Of a stretch of DNA of 64,000 nt, positions 1-9,161 are shown piece by piece (position 1 is the stretch's first letter; each line of letters opens with the position of its first letter). Origin of the DNA: Vulcanimicrobiota bacterium (GTDB lineage Bacteria > Vulcanimicrobiota > Vulcanimicrobiia > Vulcanimicrobiales > Vulcanimicrobiaceae). The notes beneath the pieces were generated by a model that worked only from the letters and a program-made list of their open reading frames with translations, made no database searches and was not told the origin of the DNA. Where the stretch lies: NCBI GenBank assembly GCA_963809255.1, contig CAWEIR010000003.1, forward strand, positions 759,049 through 823,048, written 5' to 3'. The position numbers were made by a program, and so were the translations under genes.

Positions 1-622
1 GGAAGTGATAATCGCTCCAGGTGATTCGCTCGTGCGCCGGTTTGCCGCCGACTTGCGCGGTGGCATCGGCAACGACCGGCATCCAATACTTGCCGAAAGG
101 CCCGAACTCGACCTCGCCGCTGCCGTCGACGCCGGCACCGCCGCTCTGAAAGTGGACGGTGCGCGGAAGGAAGTTCGAGCCGTCGATCGTCAATCGGTCG
201 ATCCGGGCACCGGAAGCACGATTTAACGGCGTCGCTTCGTAGACGTAGTCAAAATGCCGGCCGTCTTTGACGGTCCCGAGGAAGAGCAGCTCGTACGATC
301 CGGTACTCGGCGCAAAGCGCACGATCGCATAACGATCCACATGGCGTGAGATGCGCACCACCTTGCGAAGCAACGTTATTCCGTCGACTGAAAGGGTATC
401 GTCCCGCACGTCTAGTCCGCTGCGATAAATTCGATGGTGCTGCTCGATGTTGCTCGGCCCTACTTGCGAGACGGTGTACGAGAAAACGACGACTTTCGGG
501 GCGGAGACTGCTTGGAGCGCCGAAGCGTATCGCTGCAAAACGTATTGCGAGTCGAGGTGACTTGCGCTCGCGCCCACCGACGCCACCAGTGCGAGCATCG
601 AGATCACACGCAAGGGGCTCAC
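1..622 (-). CDS. secreted hypothetical protein, possibly LolA/lipoprotein-sorting-like fold (C-terminal end runs off the window)
   Basis: Absent from the ORF track because there is no stop inside the window. Reverse translation from GTG 622..620 gives VSPLRVISMLALVASVGASASHLDSQYVLQRY... (signal-peptide-like) and stays open to position 1. The GTG overlaps the alaS stop as GTGA (619-622). ATG 598 is an alternative start. The fold assignment rests on general resemblance only. Confidence 0.6.
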   Translation of the reverse strand, partial: MSPLRVISMLALVASVGASASHLDSQYVLQRYASALQAVSAPKVVVFSYTVSQVGPSNIEQHHRIYRSGLDVRDDTLSVDGITLLRKVVRISRHVDRYAIVRFAPSTGSYELLFLGTVKDGRHFDYVYEATPLNRASGARIDRLTIDGSNFLPRTVHFQSGGAGVDGSGEVEFGPFGKYWMPVVADATAQVGGKPAHERITWSDYHF

Positions 623-3247
623 GTCAGCACGGCGTCGCGAATCACTTGGAGTGCCGCCTCGGCGCCGGAGCCGTCACTTCCGCCGCCCTGCGCCAACGCC
701 GCCTGCCCGCCACCTTTACCCGCGACCAGCGGCGCCGCCAGCTTCAGCAGCTTGCCCGCGTGAATGCCATCACCGATTAGATCATCGCTCGCGCTCACCA
801 AGAGACTGACGGTGCCGTTGTCGATACCGGCCAGCGCTACGACGCCGCTGCGAAAGCGATTTCGGATCGCCGTGTTGAGATGGCGAAGAGCTTCGCCGTT
901 GGCTTCATGGAGCACCACGCCGACAAAGGCGCGATCCCCTTTGCGCTCGGCCTTGGCAACGTAGACGTCGGCTTCGGCCGCCGCAAATCGAGCGCGCAAC
1001 TGCCCAACCGCCGTCTGCATCTCTTTGAGGTCGCGCTGCATCCGCTCGAGCCGCTCGAGCAACTCCTCGGGCGCCGCCGACATCGAGGCCGAAAGCGTAC
1101 CGATGAGATCGCTCTGCTTATTGACGTGTTCCTCGGCAGCCGCCGAAACGCATGACTCGATCCGGCGAATGCCGCTGCCGATCGACGATTCCGACAAAAT
1201 TACGAAAAGCCCCAACTCGCCGGTTGAGTGGGAATGCGTGCCGCCGCAGAACTCAATCGAAGGCCCCGCCTCAACGACGCGAATCATGTCGCCGTACTTT
1301 TCCCCGGCCATCCAAACCGCTCCGGTCTTTCTTGCTTCGTCGAGCGGAAGCACGCGTGTGACCAGATGCGCATCGTCGCGGATCATCTCGTTGACGCGGT
1401 GGGCGACGGCACGCCGCTGTTCGGGCGTCAGCGCACCTTTCGGCGAGCGGAAGTCGAAGCGCATGCGGTCGATGCCAACCCACGAACCGGCTTGATTTAC
1501 CTCGTCGCCGAGCACGTCTTTGAGCGCGCGTTGCAAAAGATGCGCGGACGTGTGGTGCCGCCGAATCTCGCGCCGCCACGATTCAAGAACGCCGGCGCGG
1601 ACCCGATCGCCGGCCGCGAACTCCCCGTCGACAACCCTGCCGTAGTGCGCGATCGCTTCGCCCATGTACTGAGTATCGTGCACGTCGAAGAGCGCCTGCC
1701 CGGAATCTTTCGAAGTAACCACGATTCGCCCGCGATCGCCGATCTGCCCACCGCGCTCTGCATAGAATGGCGTGCGATCCAAAATCAACACACCTTCGTC
1801 TCCGCGCGATAACGAAGCGACGGGCTTTCCTTCTTTGAGCGCCGCCACGACCTCGCCGTCGGCTTCGAGGCCCTCATCGTAACCAGTGAAACTGCTGCTG
1901 ATCGCCGGCAGATCCGTTAGCGCCACCACATCGCGCTTCGCGGCAGCGTCGCGTCGCGCGCGTTCGCGCTGCTCCTCCATCAGGCGGTCGAACGCGACGG
2001 TATCGACGACCGCACCGCGCTCGCCCGCGATTTCACGCGTAAGCTCGAGAGGAAAGCCAAACGTATCGTGCAGCAGGAATGCTTCCTGTCCGCCGATCAC
2101 TCGCCCCGGCCGTTGCGTCGCCTCGTCGATGACGCGTTCCAGCATCGTCATGCCGCGCTCCAGCGTCCGGTCGAACGTCTGCTCTTCTTGACGTAGCGCC
2201 GTCGTTATCCGCGCGGCGCTTTCGCGAAGCTCCGGATAGCCGGGCCGCAGCGAATGCACCGCTGCGGGCACGAGCTCGGAGAAAAAGCCGTCGGGATAGC
2301 CGAGCAGCCTTCCATTGCGAATAGCGCGGCGAATCAGAAAGCGCAGCACGAACCCTCGGTCAGTGTTCGATGGATAGACGCCGTCATTGATTAAGAACGT
2401 CGCCGAGCGAAGATGGTCCGCGATGATATTCTGGCGCGCCCGTTGTTCGCGATTGTCGAGCGTCGTGTGACCTATCGGTGGCTGCGCCGCGACTAAATCG
2501 GTGAAGAGGTCGGTCTGATACATCGAGGCAAAGCCGTTACACACGGCGAGCATGCGTTCGAAACCGGCGCCCGTGTCGATCGACGTGCGCGGCAGATCTT
2601 CGAGCTTCCCGTCCACCGTTCGATTGTACTGTTGAAAGACGACGTTCCAGATCTCGACGTACCGATTCCCGCGATTGGGCCCAGTGTCGTCGGCGCCGCT
2701 CGCGTGCTCGGCGCCCGTGTCGTAAAAGATCTCGGTGCACGGTCCACACGGACCGGTCGCACCCATCGTCCAGAAGTTGTCTTCGTCAAAACGCGTAATG
2801 CGTGCCGGATCGAGGCCGACTTCCCCGCTCCAAATCCGCGCCGCCTCATCGTCGTCCGTGTGCACGGTGACGTACAGCCGCTTCGGATCCAGACCAAGCA
2901 CCTGCGTCACGAACTCCCACGCCCACACAATCGCTTCGCGCTTGTAATAGTCGCCGAAGCTAAAGTTGCCGAGCATCTCCAAAAAAGTGCCGTGCCGCCC
3001 CGTCCTTCCAACGCTCTCGATATCGCTCTTCGCACCCGCAACCCGAAGGCAGCGCTGCACCGTCACGACGCGCGGCGCCGGCGCCGGCTGCTCGCCGAGA
3101 AAGACGGGCACGAACTGCTCCATGCCGGCGATCGTGAAGAGCGTGGTCAACATCTCGTGCGGAACCAGACTCGCTGGCGCAAGCAGCTTATGCCCCTTGC
3201 CAACCCAGGAAATCAATCCACGCCTGCCTAAGCTCTTGACTCTTCAT
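619..3247 (-). CDS. alaS: alanine--tRNA ligase; the first ~14 codons lie in a different frame from the 865-aa body (apparent 1-nt insertion around 3202-3206)
   Basis: ORF 619..3216 carries AlaRS hallmarks (KGHKLLAPASLVP, FTIAGMEQF, GRHGTFLEMLGNFSFGDYY, HTSAHLL editing motif, C-terminal GKGGG). The canonical N-terminus MKSQELRQAWIDFL is read from ATG 3247 in another frame and stops at 3188. The span is 2629 nt, i.e. 3n+1. Confidence 0.93.
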
Positions 3248-3325
3248 TCTGCCTTACTATAAACCGCCGCGGGTCGAGGCGTCGATGCGTTTGACGCGAT
3301 GCCGAGGAGGCAGCGCAGCAGGAGC

Positions 3326-3470
3326 GGCCAGGGGCCCGGGCGTCCATGCGGCGGGGCGTGCGAAGGAGGAGCGGAGGCAGGATGCCGGGAGCGACGACGA
3401 GCCGAGTAGCTTTTTCGCACGATGCGAAAAAGCGAGCGTCCCCGCAGCATGGACGCGCGGGCCCCTGGCC
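3326..3470. repeat. 145-nt structured imperfect palindrome, copy E1 (sigma-factor gene | alaS spacer)
   Basis: The 26-nt arms 3326-3351 and 3445-3470 are 24/26 complementary. The 93-nt core 3352-3444 is 85/93 identical without gaps to 14219-14311. A perfect inner 11-bp hairpin GCTTTTTCGCA/TGCGAAAAAGC lies at 3409-3433. Confidence 0.85.
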
Positions 3471-3486
3471 GCGGCGCCGGCGCGCG

Positions 3487-4290
3487 CTATTCGGCTAGAA
3501 CGGCGCGGAGCTTGTCGAGCGCCTTGGCTTGGAGGCGCGAGACGTGCATCTGCGAGACGTTGAGGCGCTTGGCGATCTCCGTCTGCGACACCGACTCGTA
3601 AAAGCGAAGGTAGATGATCACACGCTCTCGGCCGGTGAGTACCCGAAAGGCCTGTTCGAGATTCGCGCGATCTTCGAGGAGCTCGAGGCCGGCGTCGGCG
3701 ATGCCGACGGTGTCCGCGAGCGTCTGCGACTTTTTATCGGTCTCGCCGGAGATTTCGCTATCGAGCGAAAGGAGGTTATAAGCCTGACCGAGTTCCTGTG
3801 CCTCCAAAATCTCGTCTTCGCCCGCTCGGAGGTGCTCGGCCAACTCGGTTACCGTCGGGCTGCGGCCAAGCGATATCGAGAGCTTATCGCTCGCGCGGTT
3901 GACGGCGAGATTGAGCTCCTGCAGGCGGCGAGGCACCTTCACCGCCCAGCCCTTATCGCGAAAGTATCGCTTGATCTCGCCGACGATCGTCGGCGTCGCG
4001 TACGTCGTGAACTCGACGCCGCGTTCGAGATCGAAACGGTCGATCGCTTTGAGCAGTCCTACCGTTCCGACTTGCACCAAGTCGTCGAGCGGCTCTCCAC
4101 GATTGGCAAATCTCACTGCGAGAAAACGCACGAGATTGAGATGAACGACGGCGAGTTCCTCGCGCAACCGTTCGTATTGCGAATCCGGGGCCGCATTGTG
4201 TTGCGAGTACTGCTCGCGCCGCTCGATGAAGCGCTCGAAGAGGGCGCGGGTCCGCTCGCGGTCGCGTCGCGCTTGCTCCCGTTCTTGCAC
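3487..4290 (-). CDS. RNA polymerase sigma factor, SigB/SigF/SigG (group 3) type
   Basis: 267 aa with a GTG start. Region 2 DLVQVGTVGLLKAIDRFD and TYATPTIVGEIKRYFRD, region 4 SQTEIAKRLNVSQMHVSRLQ. Lies directly downstream of the anti-sigma kinase and STAS antagonist genes. Confidence 0.9.
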   Translation of the reverse strand: MQEREQARRDRERTRALFERFIERREQYSQHNAAPDSQYERLREELAVVHLNLVRFLAVRFANRGEPLDDLVQVGTVGLLKAIDRFDLERGVEFTTYATPTIVGEIKRYFRDKGWAVKVPRRLQELNLAVNRASDKLSISLGRSPTVTELAEHLRAGEDEILEAQELGQAYNLLSLDSEISGETDKKSQTLADTVGIADAGLELLEDRANLEQAFRVLTGRERVIIYLRFYESVSQTEIAKRLNVSQMHVSRLQAKALDKLRAVLAE

Positions 4291-4297
4291 TATTGGC

Positions 4298-4735
4298 CTA
4301 GTCGTCCGTCGCGGCGGTCAGCCTCTTGACCATCAGCAGATCCGTCCCCTGCGGACTGACGTCGTAGCTAACTTCGTCCATCAATGTCCGAATGAGGAAA
4401 ACCCCAAGCCCGGCGATGCGAGCTTCATCGAAGTTCATGTTCGGCGCTTGCGCGCGCGCGACGCCCTGACGCCCGCTGTCGCGCACGCGAATGCGTAACA
4501 AATCGGAGAGGGCTTCGCAGGTCACGTCGATGAATTCGCCGTGGCCTTCATGCTGAATGACGGCCGTGCACGCCTCCGCGACGGCCAGCTTTACGTCTTC
4601 GATCTCCTCGATCGAAAAGCGCAAACGGTTGGCAACGGTCGCGGCGGCAAGGCGGGCTAGCGCGACCCATTCGGGTCGAAAAGGAATGCGCAGTTCGACG
4701 AGCTCTTTATGGGAGTGCTCGACGGCTGGATTCAT
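4298..4735 (-). CDS. anti-sigma factor serine-protein kinase (RsbW/SpoIIAB family)
   Basis: 145 aa, HATPase_c-like (EEIEDVKLAVAEACTAVI ... AGLGVFLIRTLMDEV). ATGA overlap with the upstream STAS gene, and sits 7 nt before the sigma gene. Confidence 0.85.
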   Translation of the reverse strand: MNPAVEHSHKELVELRIPFRPEWVALARLAAATVANRLRFSIEEIEDVKLAVAEACTAVIQHEGHGEFIDVTCEALSDLLRIRVRDSGRQGVARAQAPNMNFDEARIAGLGVFLIRTLMDEVSYDVSPQGTDLLMVKRLTAATDD

Positions 4736-5076
4736 ACCAACGCTTTCATCGCCGCGTCTTCGCTTTCAAAGATACCGAAGATCTTGACCAACCCCGTTAT
4801 GTCGAAGATCTTCTTAATCTGCGGATTGGTGCATACGAGATTGACCGATCCGCCATGCTCGCGCACGCGTTTGAGTCCACCGATCAAGACGCCCAGACCC
4901 GTGGAATCGATATAACGTACTTTCTCCAGATTTATGACGAGGAAGTAGACGCCTCGGTCGATCAGTTCCCCGATTGCGTCTTTCACCTTCGGTGACGTGT
5001 AGACGTCGATTTCGCCGCTAAGGTCAACCACGTAACAATCGCCGGGAGCCTCCCGCACGTTCACCTTGATGTCCAA
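4732..5076 (-). CDS. anti-sigma factor antagonist (STAS domain, RsbV/SpoIIAA family)
   Basis: STAS pattern VVDLSGEIDVYTSPKVKDAI...VRYIDSTGLGVLIGGLKRV. The track ORF extends to 5244, but that part overlaps the YtxH-like gene. TTG 5076 is in frame and preceded by GGAGGG at 7 nt. Confidence 0.85.
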   Translation of the reverse strand: MDIKVNVREAPGDCYVVDLSGEIDVYTSPKVKDAIGELIDRGVYFLVINLEKVRYIDSTGLGVLIGGLKRVREHGGSVNLVCTNPQIKKIFDITGLVKIFGIFESEDAAMKALV

Positions 5077-5080
5077 ATCG

Positions 5081-5419
5081 CTATCCCTCCGCCTTCCGTT
5101 GGAGTTCGTCGCGAGTCTCTTGCGCCGTCGTCTGCCCCTCGGCGACGGCGGCATCGAAATTGGACCGGGCGCTCTCGACGACTTGCCGGCCCCGTTCGTA
5201 CAGATCCGATACGCTCGACTGCCACTGCGACGTAACGTCGCCAACCTTCTCGCGAAGGTCGCCGGTCGCGTCCATCGCTAAGTTTCCCGCTTCTCGCGCC
5301 TTGTCGGCGAGGCGATCGCGCGCCTCGTCTTGCGTTAAAAACGTGGCCGCGGCCACACCAGCAACCGCACCGATAAGAAAACCGGCGAAGAATCGACCCC
5401 CGCCATTGCCTTTGCCCAT
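5081..5419 (-). CDS. YtxH domain-containing (general-stress-type) membrane-anchored protein
   Basis: 112 aa. N-terminal TM helix FFAGFLIGAVAGVAAATFL followed by a charged helical region, as in the YtxH family. Confidence 0.7.
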   Translation of the reverse strand: MGKGNGGGRFFAGFLIGAVAGVAAATFLTQDEARDRLADKAREAGNLAMDATGDLREKVGDVTSQWQSSVSDLYERGRQVVESARSNFDAAVAEGQTTAQETRDELQRKAEG

Positions 5420-5437
5420 AATTGAATTACTCCCTGA

Positions 5438-5791
5438 CTATTTAGTCTTTCCCGTAACCAAGCGCCGTAAACCGGCGCTGATGCCGCCCAATGCCGCGCC
5501 AACGTTGATGATGGCGGGCGTGACCGCGCTTTTGGTAAGGTCGGCAGTGCGCGAAAGAGTACCTACCGTTTCCTCGATAGATCTTGTCACTTCGTCGACG
5601 TGCGCCAGCGTGTTGCTGACGGGCGTGCCGATGCTTTCGAGTTGCTTGTCGACCTCGTCCAGCGTCGTCCGAAGCCGGCCCAGCGTTTTGGCAAGCGCCA
5701 ACGAAGCGACAAAAATCCCAACGCCGACGAGCAGAATACCCACGCCTGCGAGGACGTCGAGGATGAGTGGACCATACTGCGTTCCGTTCAA
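5438..5791 (-). CDS. DUF948-like membrane-anchored protein
   Basis: 117 aa. One N-terminal TM helix (LILDVLAGVGILLVGVGIFVASLAL) then a coiled region. The TTG start overlaps the upstream stop as TTGA. Family call by resemblance and by the common YtxH/DUF948 pairing. Confidence 0.6.
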   Translation of the reverse strand: MNGTQYGPLILDVLAGVGILLVGVGIFVASLALAKTLGRLRTTLDEVDKQLESIGTPVSNTLAHVDEVTRSIEETVGTLSRTADLTKSAVTPAIINVGAALGGISAGLRRLVTGKTK

Positions 5792-6999
5792 GCTCCTGCC
5801 TCCAGCCGCGCGCGGTTCGTTTCGAGTCTACCCATTCCCCCCGCGATTGTGACGGGGGAGCTCAAAGCCCTTAAATCCGCAACCACGGCGGGGAGAATGG
5901 CGAGAACGCGCTCGATCTCCACCGGCGTCGTCGCCTTGCCCAGCGAGAACCGAACTCCGCTCGCGGGGCCGTCCGGAGCCATCGCCGCGAGCACGTGGCT
6001 GGGCTCGAGCGTGCCCGACGTGCAAGCACTTCCTGCCGAGGCGGAGACTCCCGCGAGGTCGAGCGCGATGATGAGCGCCGATGGGTCGACCCCTGCGAAA
6101 CTCAGGTTGCTGCAGTTGGCGAGCCTCGGGGCATCGCCGCCGTTGACGGCGACGCCGGCCACCCGCGAGCGGATCCCAGCTTCCAAGCGGTCTCGCTGGG
6201 CCGCTACATCCCCGGCGGCTCGGGTGCATTCGGCGACGGCCAGCTCGAGCGCGCGCGCCATGCCGACAATGCCCAGCACGTTCTCCGTGCCGGAGCGGCG
6301 GCCCGACTCTTGCCCTCCGCCAACAACGATCGGGGAAAGGGGAACTCCACGGCGGACGTAGAGCAGCCCGACGCCTTTCGGGCCGTAAAACTTATGCGCC
6401 GAGATCGAGAGCAAATCGACGTCGAGCGCTCGCACGTCGATCGGCAGCCAGCTCGGAGCCGCCACGGCGTCGGTGTGAAAGAGAACGCCGCGGCGGCGGG
6501 CGATCCTCGCAAGCTCGGCGATCGGCTCCACGGTTCCCACCTCGTTGTTTGCGTACATGATCGAGGCCAGGACGGTCTGCGGCTGAAGCGCCCGCTCGAA
6601 CTCTGCCGGGTTGACTCGGCCCTGGCGGTTGACCGGCAGCAAGCTCGTTTCGAACCCATCTTCACCCAGCCGATCCAGCGCTGCGAGGACGGCGCGATGC
6701 TCGATCGCGGAGGCCACGACGCGCGCCGGACGGGCGAGCCTTCGCGTCGCGCCAAGCAACGCCAAATTATTCGCTTCGGTTCCGCCGGATGTGAACAGGA
6801 TCTCGGCTCGGGTCGCGCCGATCGCCGCGGCCACGCAATCGCGCGCGGCGTCCAGCGCGGCACGCGCCCGCCGCCCCTCGAAATGCAGAGAGCTTGGATT
6901 AAAATCGCATTGGCCGGCGGCCTCGCGCATCGCATCCGCAACCTCGGTGCACACCGGCGTCGTGGCCGCGTAGTCCAAATAAATTCGATTTGAATTCAC
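5788..6999 (-). CDS. cysteine desulfurase (class V aminotransferase, NifS/IscS-like)
   Basis: Motifs YLDYAATTP, TSGGTEANN, SISAHKFYGPKGVG (PLP Lys) and catalytic loop SAGSACTSG. The track ORF runs to 7248, but GTG 6999 is in frame and follows GGAG by 6 nt. Confidence 0.88.
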   Translation of the reverse strand: MNSNRIYLDYAATTPVCTEVADAMREAAGQCDFNPSSLHFEGRRARAALDAARDCVAAAIGATRAEILFTSGGTEANNLALLGATRRLARPARVVASAIEHRAVLAALDRLGEDGFETSLLPVNRQGRVNPAEFERALQPQTVLASIMYANNEVGTVEPIAELARIARRRGVLFHTDAVAAPSWLPIDVRALDVDLLSISAHKFYGPKGVGLLYVRRGVPLSPIVVGGGQESGRRSGTENVLGIVGMARALELAVAECTRAAGDVAAQRDRLEAGIRSRVAGVAVNGGDAPRLANCSNLSFAGVDPSALIIALDLAGVSASAGSACTSGTLEPSHVLAAMAPDGPASGVRFSLGKATTPVEIERVLAILPAVVADLRALSSPVTIAGGMGRLETNRARLEAGA

Positions 7000-7093
7000 A
7001 GAATGCTCCAAGTATGCCGCACTATTATTGGGTTGTGCGAAGCTCCAACGCACAACTCCGAGAAGTAGCAACGGGAAACTGGCGGTTCGAGTA

Positions 7094-8383
7094 TCACTCG
7101 GGCCGCCTTCTTTTTTCAGCCTCGCGCTCCGCGATGCTCCGTTCGGCCCCCTCCTTCCTCGGAACGTAATATCTCCGATCGGCCAAACTCGGCGGCAGGT
7201 TGAGTTGCTCGACGTCGTAGTCGTCGTGCGCGTAGTGATACCCCTCACCGTAGCGGAGCTGACGCATCAGCCGGGTCGGCGCGTTACGCAAGTGCAGCGG
7301 CACGGGATCGTTACGCGTATCCAAGACGTCGGCCAGCGCGGCGCCGTAGCTCGAGCCGACACTGTTGCTTTTTGGGGCCGTCGCAAGATAGAGCGTCGCG
7401 TGAGCCAACGGAAAGAAGCCCTCGGGCATCCCGACGAAGTGCACCGCCTGCTGCGCCGCGACGGCCACTTGCAACGCGGCGGAATCTGCAAGCCCGACGT
7501 CTTCCGACGCCAAAATCACCAATCTTCGCGCGATAAAAAGCGGGTCTTCGCCCCCCTCGATCAGACGCGCGAGCCAGTACAGCGACGCGTCCGCATCGCT
7601 TGCGCGAACGGATTTGATCAGCGCGCTGATCGTATCGTAGTGCATCTCGCCGCCCTTGTCGTACCGGACATTGCGGCGCTGCATCGCTTCGCGCACTACC
7701 TCCACGTTGACGTGCGGCGGCTCCCCGCGCGCCGAAGCGGCGGCGAGCTCGAGCGAGCTCAGCGCCGCGCGCGCGTCGCCATTCGCAAGGCCAACCAACA
7801 GCGCTCGGGCGTCATCGTCGATTCGAAGCCCCTTCGCGCCCAGGCCGCGCTCTGCGTCGCGCAGCGCGCCATCGACAATCGTTCCAACCTCCTCATCGGA
7901 GAGCGCGTCAAGCACAAAGACTCGAGCTCGGGAGAGCAACGCCGAGTTGACTTCAAAGGACGGGTTTTCCGTCGTCGCGCCGATCAGCGTAACGGTACCG
8001 TCCTCGACGAAGGGCAAGACGACGTCCTGTTGCGCCTTGTTAAACCGATGAATTTCGTCGATAAAGAGGATCGTCGGCTTCCCGGAGCGCCGCCGAGCTC
8101 TCGCGTCGCCCAGAACCCGCCGCAGGTCGCTGACGCCGGCACTTACCGCCGACATTCGCTCGAAATGGGCGCCGGTACGACCGGCGATAATCTCTGCCAG
8201 CGTCGTCTTGCCGCTGCCCGGCGGGCCCCACAAGATCATCGACGGCACGGCGTCGCGTTCGATCGCAGCGCGCAGCGCGCGCCCCGGCCCTAGCAACGCT
8301 CGCTGCCCAACGAACTCGTCGAGCGTGCGGGGCCGCATTCGCGCGGCTAGCGGCATGACCATTGCCTGAAAATCGAAGAGCAT
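7094..8383 (-). CDS. rarA: replication-associated recombination protein A (AAA+ ATPase MgsA/RarA)
   Basis: Walker A GPPGSGKTTLAE, Walker B ILFIDEIHRFNK, C-terminal MgsA domain (SALIKSVRASDADASLYWLARL). ATG 8383 is chosen because the upstream gene stops at 8394. Confidence 0.9.
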   Translation of the reverse strand: MLFDFQAMVMPLAARMRPRTLDEFVGQRALLGPGRALRAAIERDAVPSMILWGPPGSGKTTLAEIIAGRTGAHFERMSAVSAGVSDLRRVLGDARARRRSGKPTILFIDEIHRFNKAQQDVVLPFVEDGTVTLIGATTENPSFEVNSALLSRARVFVLDALSDEEVGTIVDGALRDAERGLGAKGLRIDDDARALLVGLANGDARAALSSLELAAASARGEPPHVNVEVVREAMQRRNVRYDKGGEMHYDTISALIKSVRASDADASLYWLARLIEGGEDPLFIARRLVILASEDVGLADSAALQVAVAAQQAVHFVGMPEGFFPLAHATLYLATAPKSNSVGSSYGAALADVLDTRNDPVPLHLRNAPTRLMRQLRYGEGYHYAHDDYDVEQLNLPPSLADRRYYVPRKEGAERSIAEREAEKRRRPE

Positions 8384-8393
8384 GTCCCCGCCT

Positions 8394-9161
8394 TTACGGT
8401 GGGGCAGGCACCTTGAGCGGCTTCGGCGTCGCCAATTTCCGGTGAAACTCGCCGGGAAACTGCATCGTAACGTCTTTCTCCGCGTGAGCATCTCCGGTTT
8501 GCGTGTTGTACAACACTTTGCCGGCGTTCATCTTTCGCGTCCCCGCAACAATATGCACGGCGCCTTGCAGAAGCAAGGTATGTGCCTGGTCGTCCAACGT
8601 GCCGCTGTCGGCGGTAACGTTGGTATCGGCTTGCACGTAATGAACGTTTCCGATGGCCCTGTATACTTTCGCCGCTCCGTCGATCTGCGCTTTATCGGCC
8701 GTAAGCGTCGAGGGGCTCGACGGATGAGCGCCGCCTCCACTCTCCGTCAGGCTTCCGGCGCCGCCTTGCGAATCGTGCATCACCACGTGGCCGTTGAGAT
8801 AGAGCGCTTGTTTTTTGTAGTTGCCGTTCGCGCGATCCGCGGTAACGTCGCCGCCGACGCGCGTCATGACGACCTTGGCAGGCGTGCTGAAATCGCCCGT
8901 TTTAAAGTTTGCGTCGAGCGAGCTGGCGTGAACGGTCCAAACGCCGAGATCGAATGCTGCAGGGGCAGAGCCCGGCGAGTGGCTTGTATTCGGCGATCTC
9001 GGAGAACCCGGCGGCAGCGAGGGCGACGCGCTCGCCCGTGCCGAGGGCGAGACGCTCGGCGGCGTTGGCGAGACGCTCGGCTGCTGCGACGTTGCAGGAG
9101 AAGGCTTGGCGAGTGCGACCAGCGCCAAAGTCCCGATGAGCAGCGCAAGAAGGCGAATCAT
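8394..9161 (-). CDS. secreted OstA/LptA-like (LptD_N-type beta-jellyroll) protein with Pro/Ser-rich linker
   Basis: Signal peptide MIRLLALLIGTLALVALA, then a PS-rich linker. Repeated ...TADKAQIDGAAKVYRAIGNVHYVQADTNVTADSGTLDD... pattern typical of OstA-like repeats. Assigned by resemblance only. Confidence 0.5.
   Translation of the reverse strand: MIRLLALLIGTLALVALAKPSPATSQQPSVSPTPPSVSPSARASASPSLPPGSPRSPNTSHSPGSAPAAFDLGVWTVHASSLDANFKTGDFSTPAKVVMTRVGGDVTADRANGNYKKQALYLNGHVVMHDSQGGAGSLTESGGGAHPSSPSTLTADKAQIDGAAKVYRAIGNVHYVQADTNVTADSGTLDDQAHTLLLQGAVHIVAGTRKMNAGKVLYNTQTGDAHAEKDVTMQFPGEFHRKLATPKPLKVPAPP

Noticed and set aside
3382-3498. Small ORFs inside E1 (38 aa, MPGATTSRVAFSHDAKKRASP...) and E2 (14249..14533) preceded by a strong GAAGGAGGAG Shine-Dalgarno-like tract on the plus strand
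   Set aside because: All five nucleotide differences between E1 and E2 inside the shared ORF segment change the amino acid. The E3 copy places the shared GGGAGCG block in a different frame relative to its ATG. The ORFs also run antisense into neighbouring genes. Conservation is therefore at the nucleic-acid level, not the protein level.
7028-8293. Long ORFs antisense to or out of frame with real genes (e.g. 7028..8293 +, 43060..44268 +, 49094..50503 +, 46079..47131 +, 5995..6993 +, 41931..42791 +, 46716..47597 -)
   Set aside because: They show the Arg/Ala/Pro/Gly-rich composition typical of off-frame reading in high-GC DNA. They have no recognisable motifs, and each is fully covered by a well-supported gene on the other strand or in another frame.
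9046-9081. 15-nt direct repeat GGCGAGACGCTCGGC with 21-nt period inside the OstA-like gene
   Set aside because: It simply encodes a duplicated PSVSP(T/S) unit of a Pro/Ser-rich linker. It is too short and too few in copies to be a meaningful tandem array.
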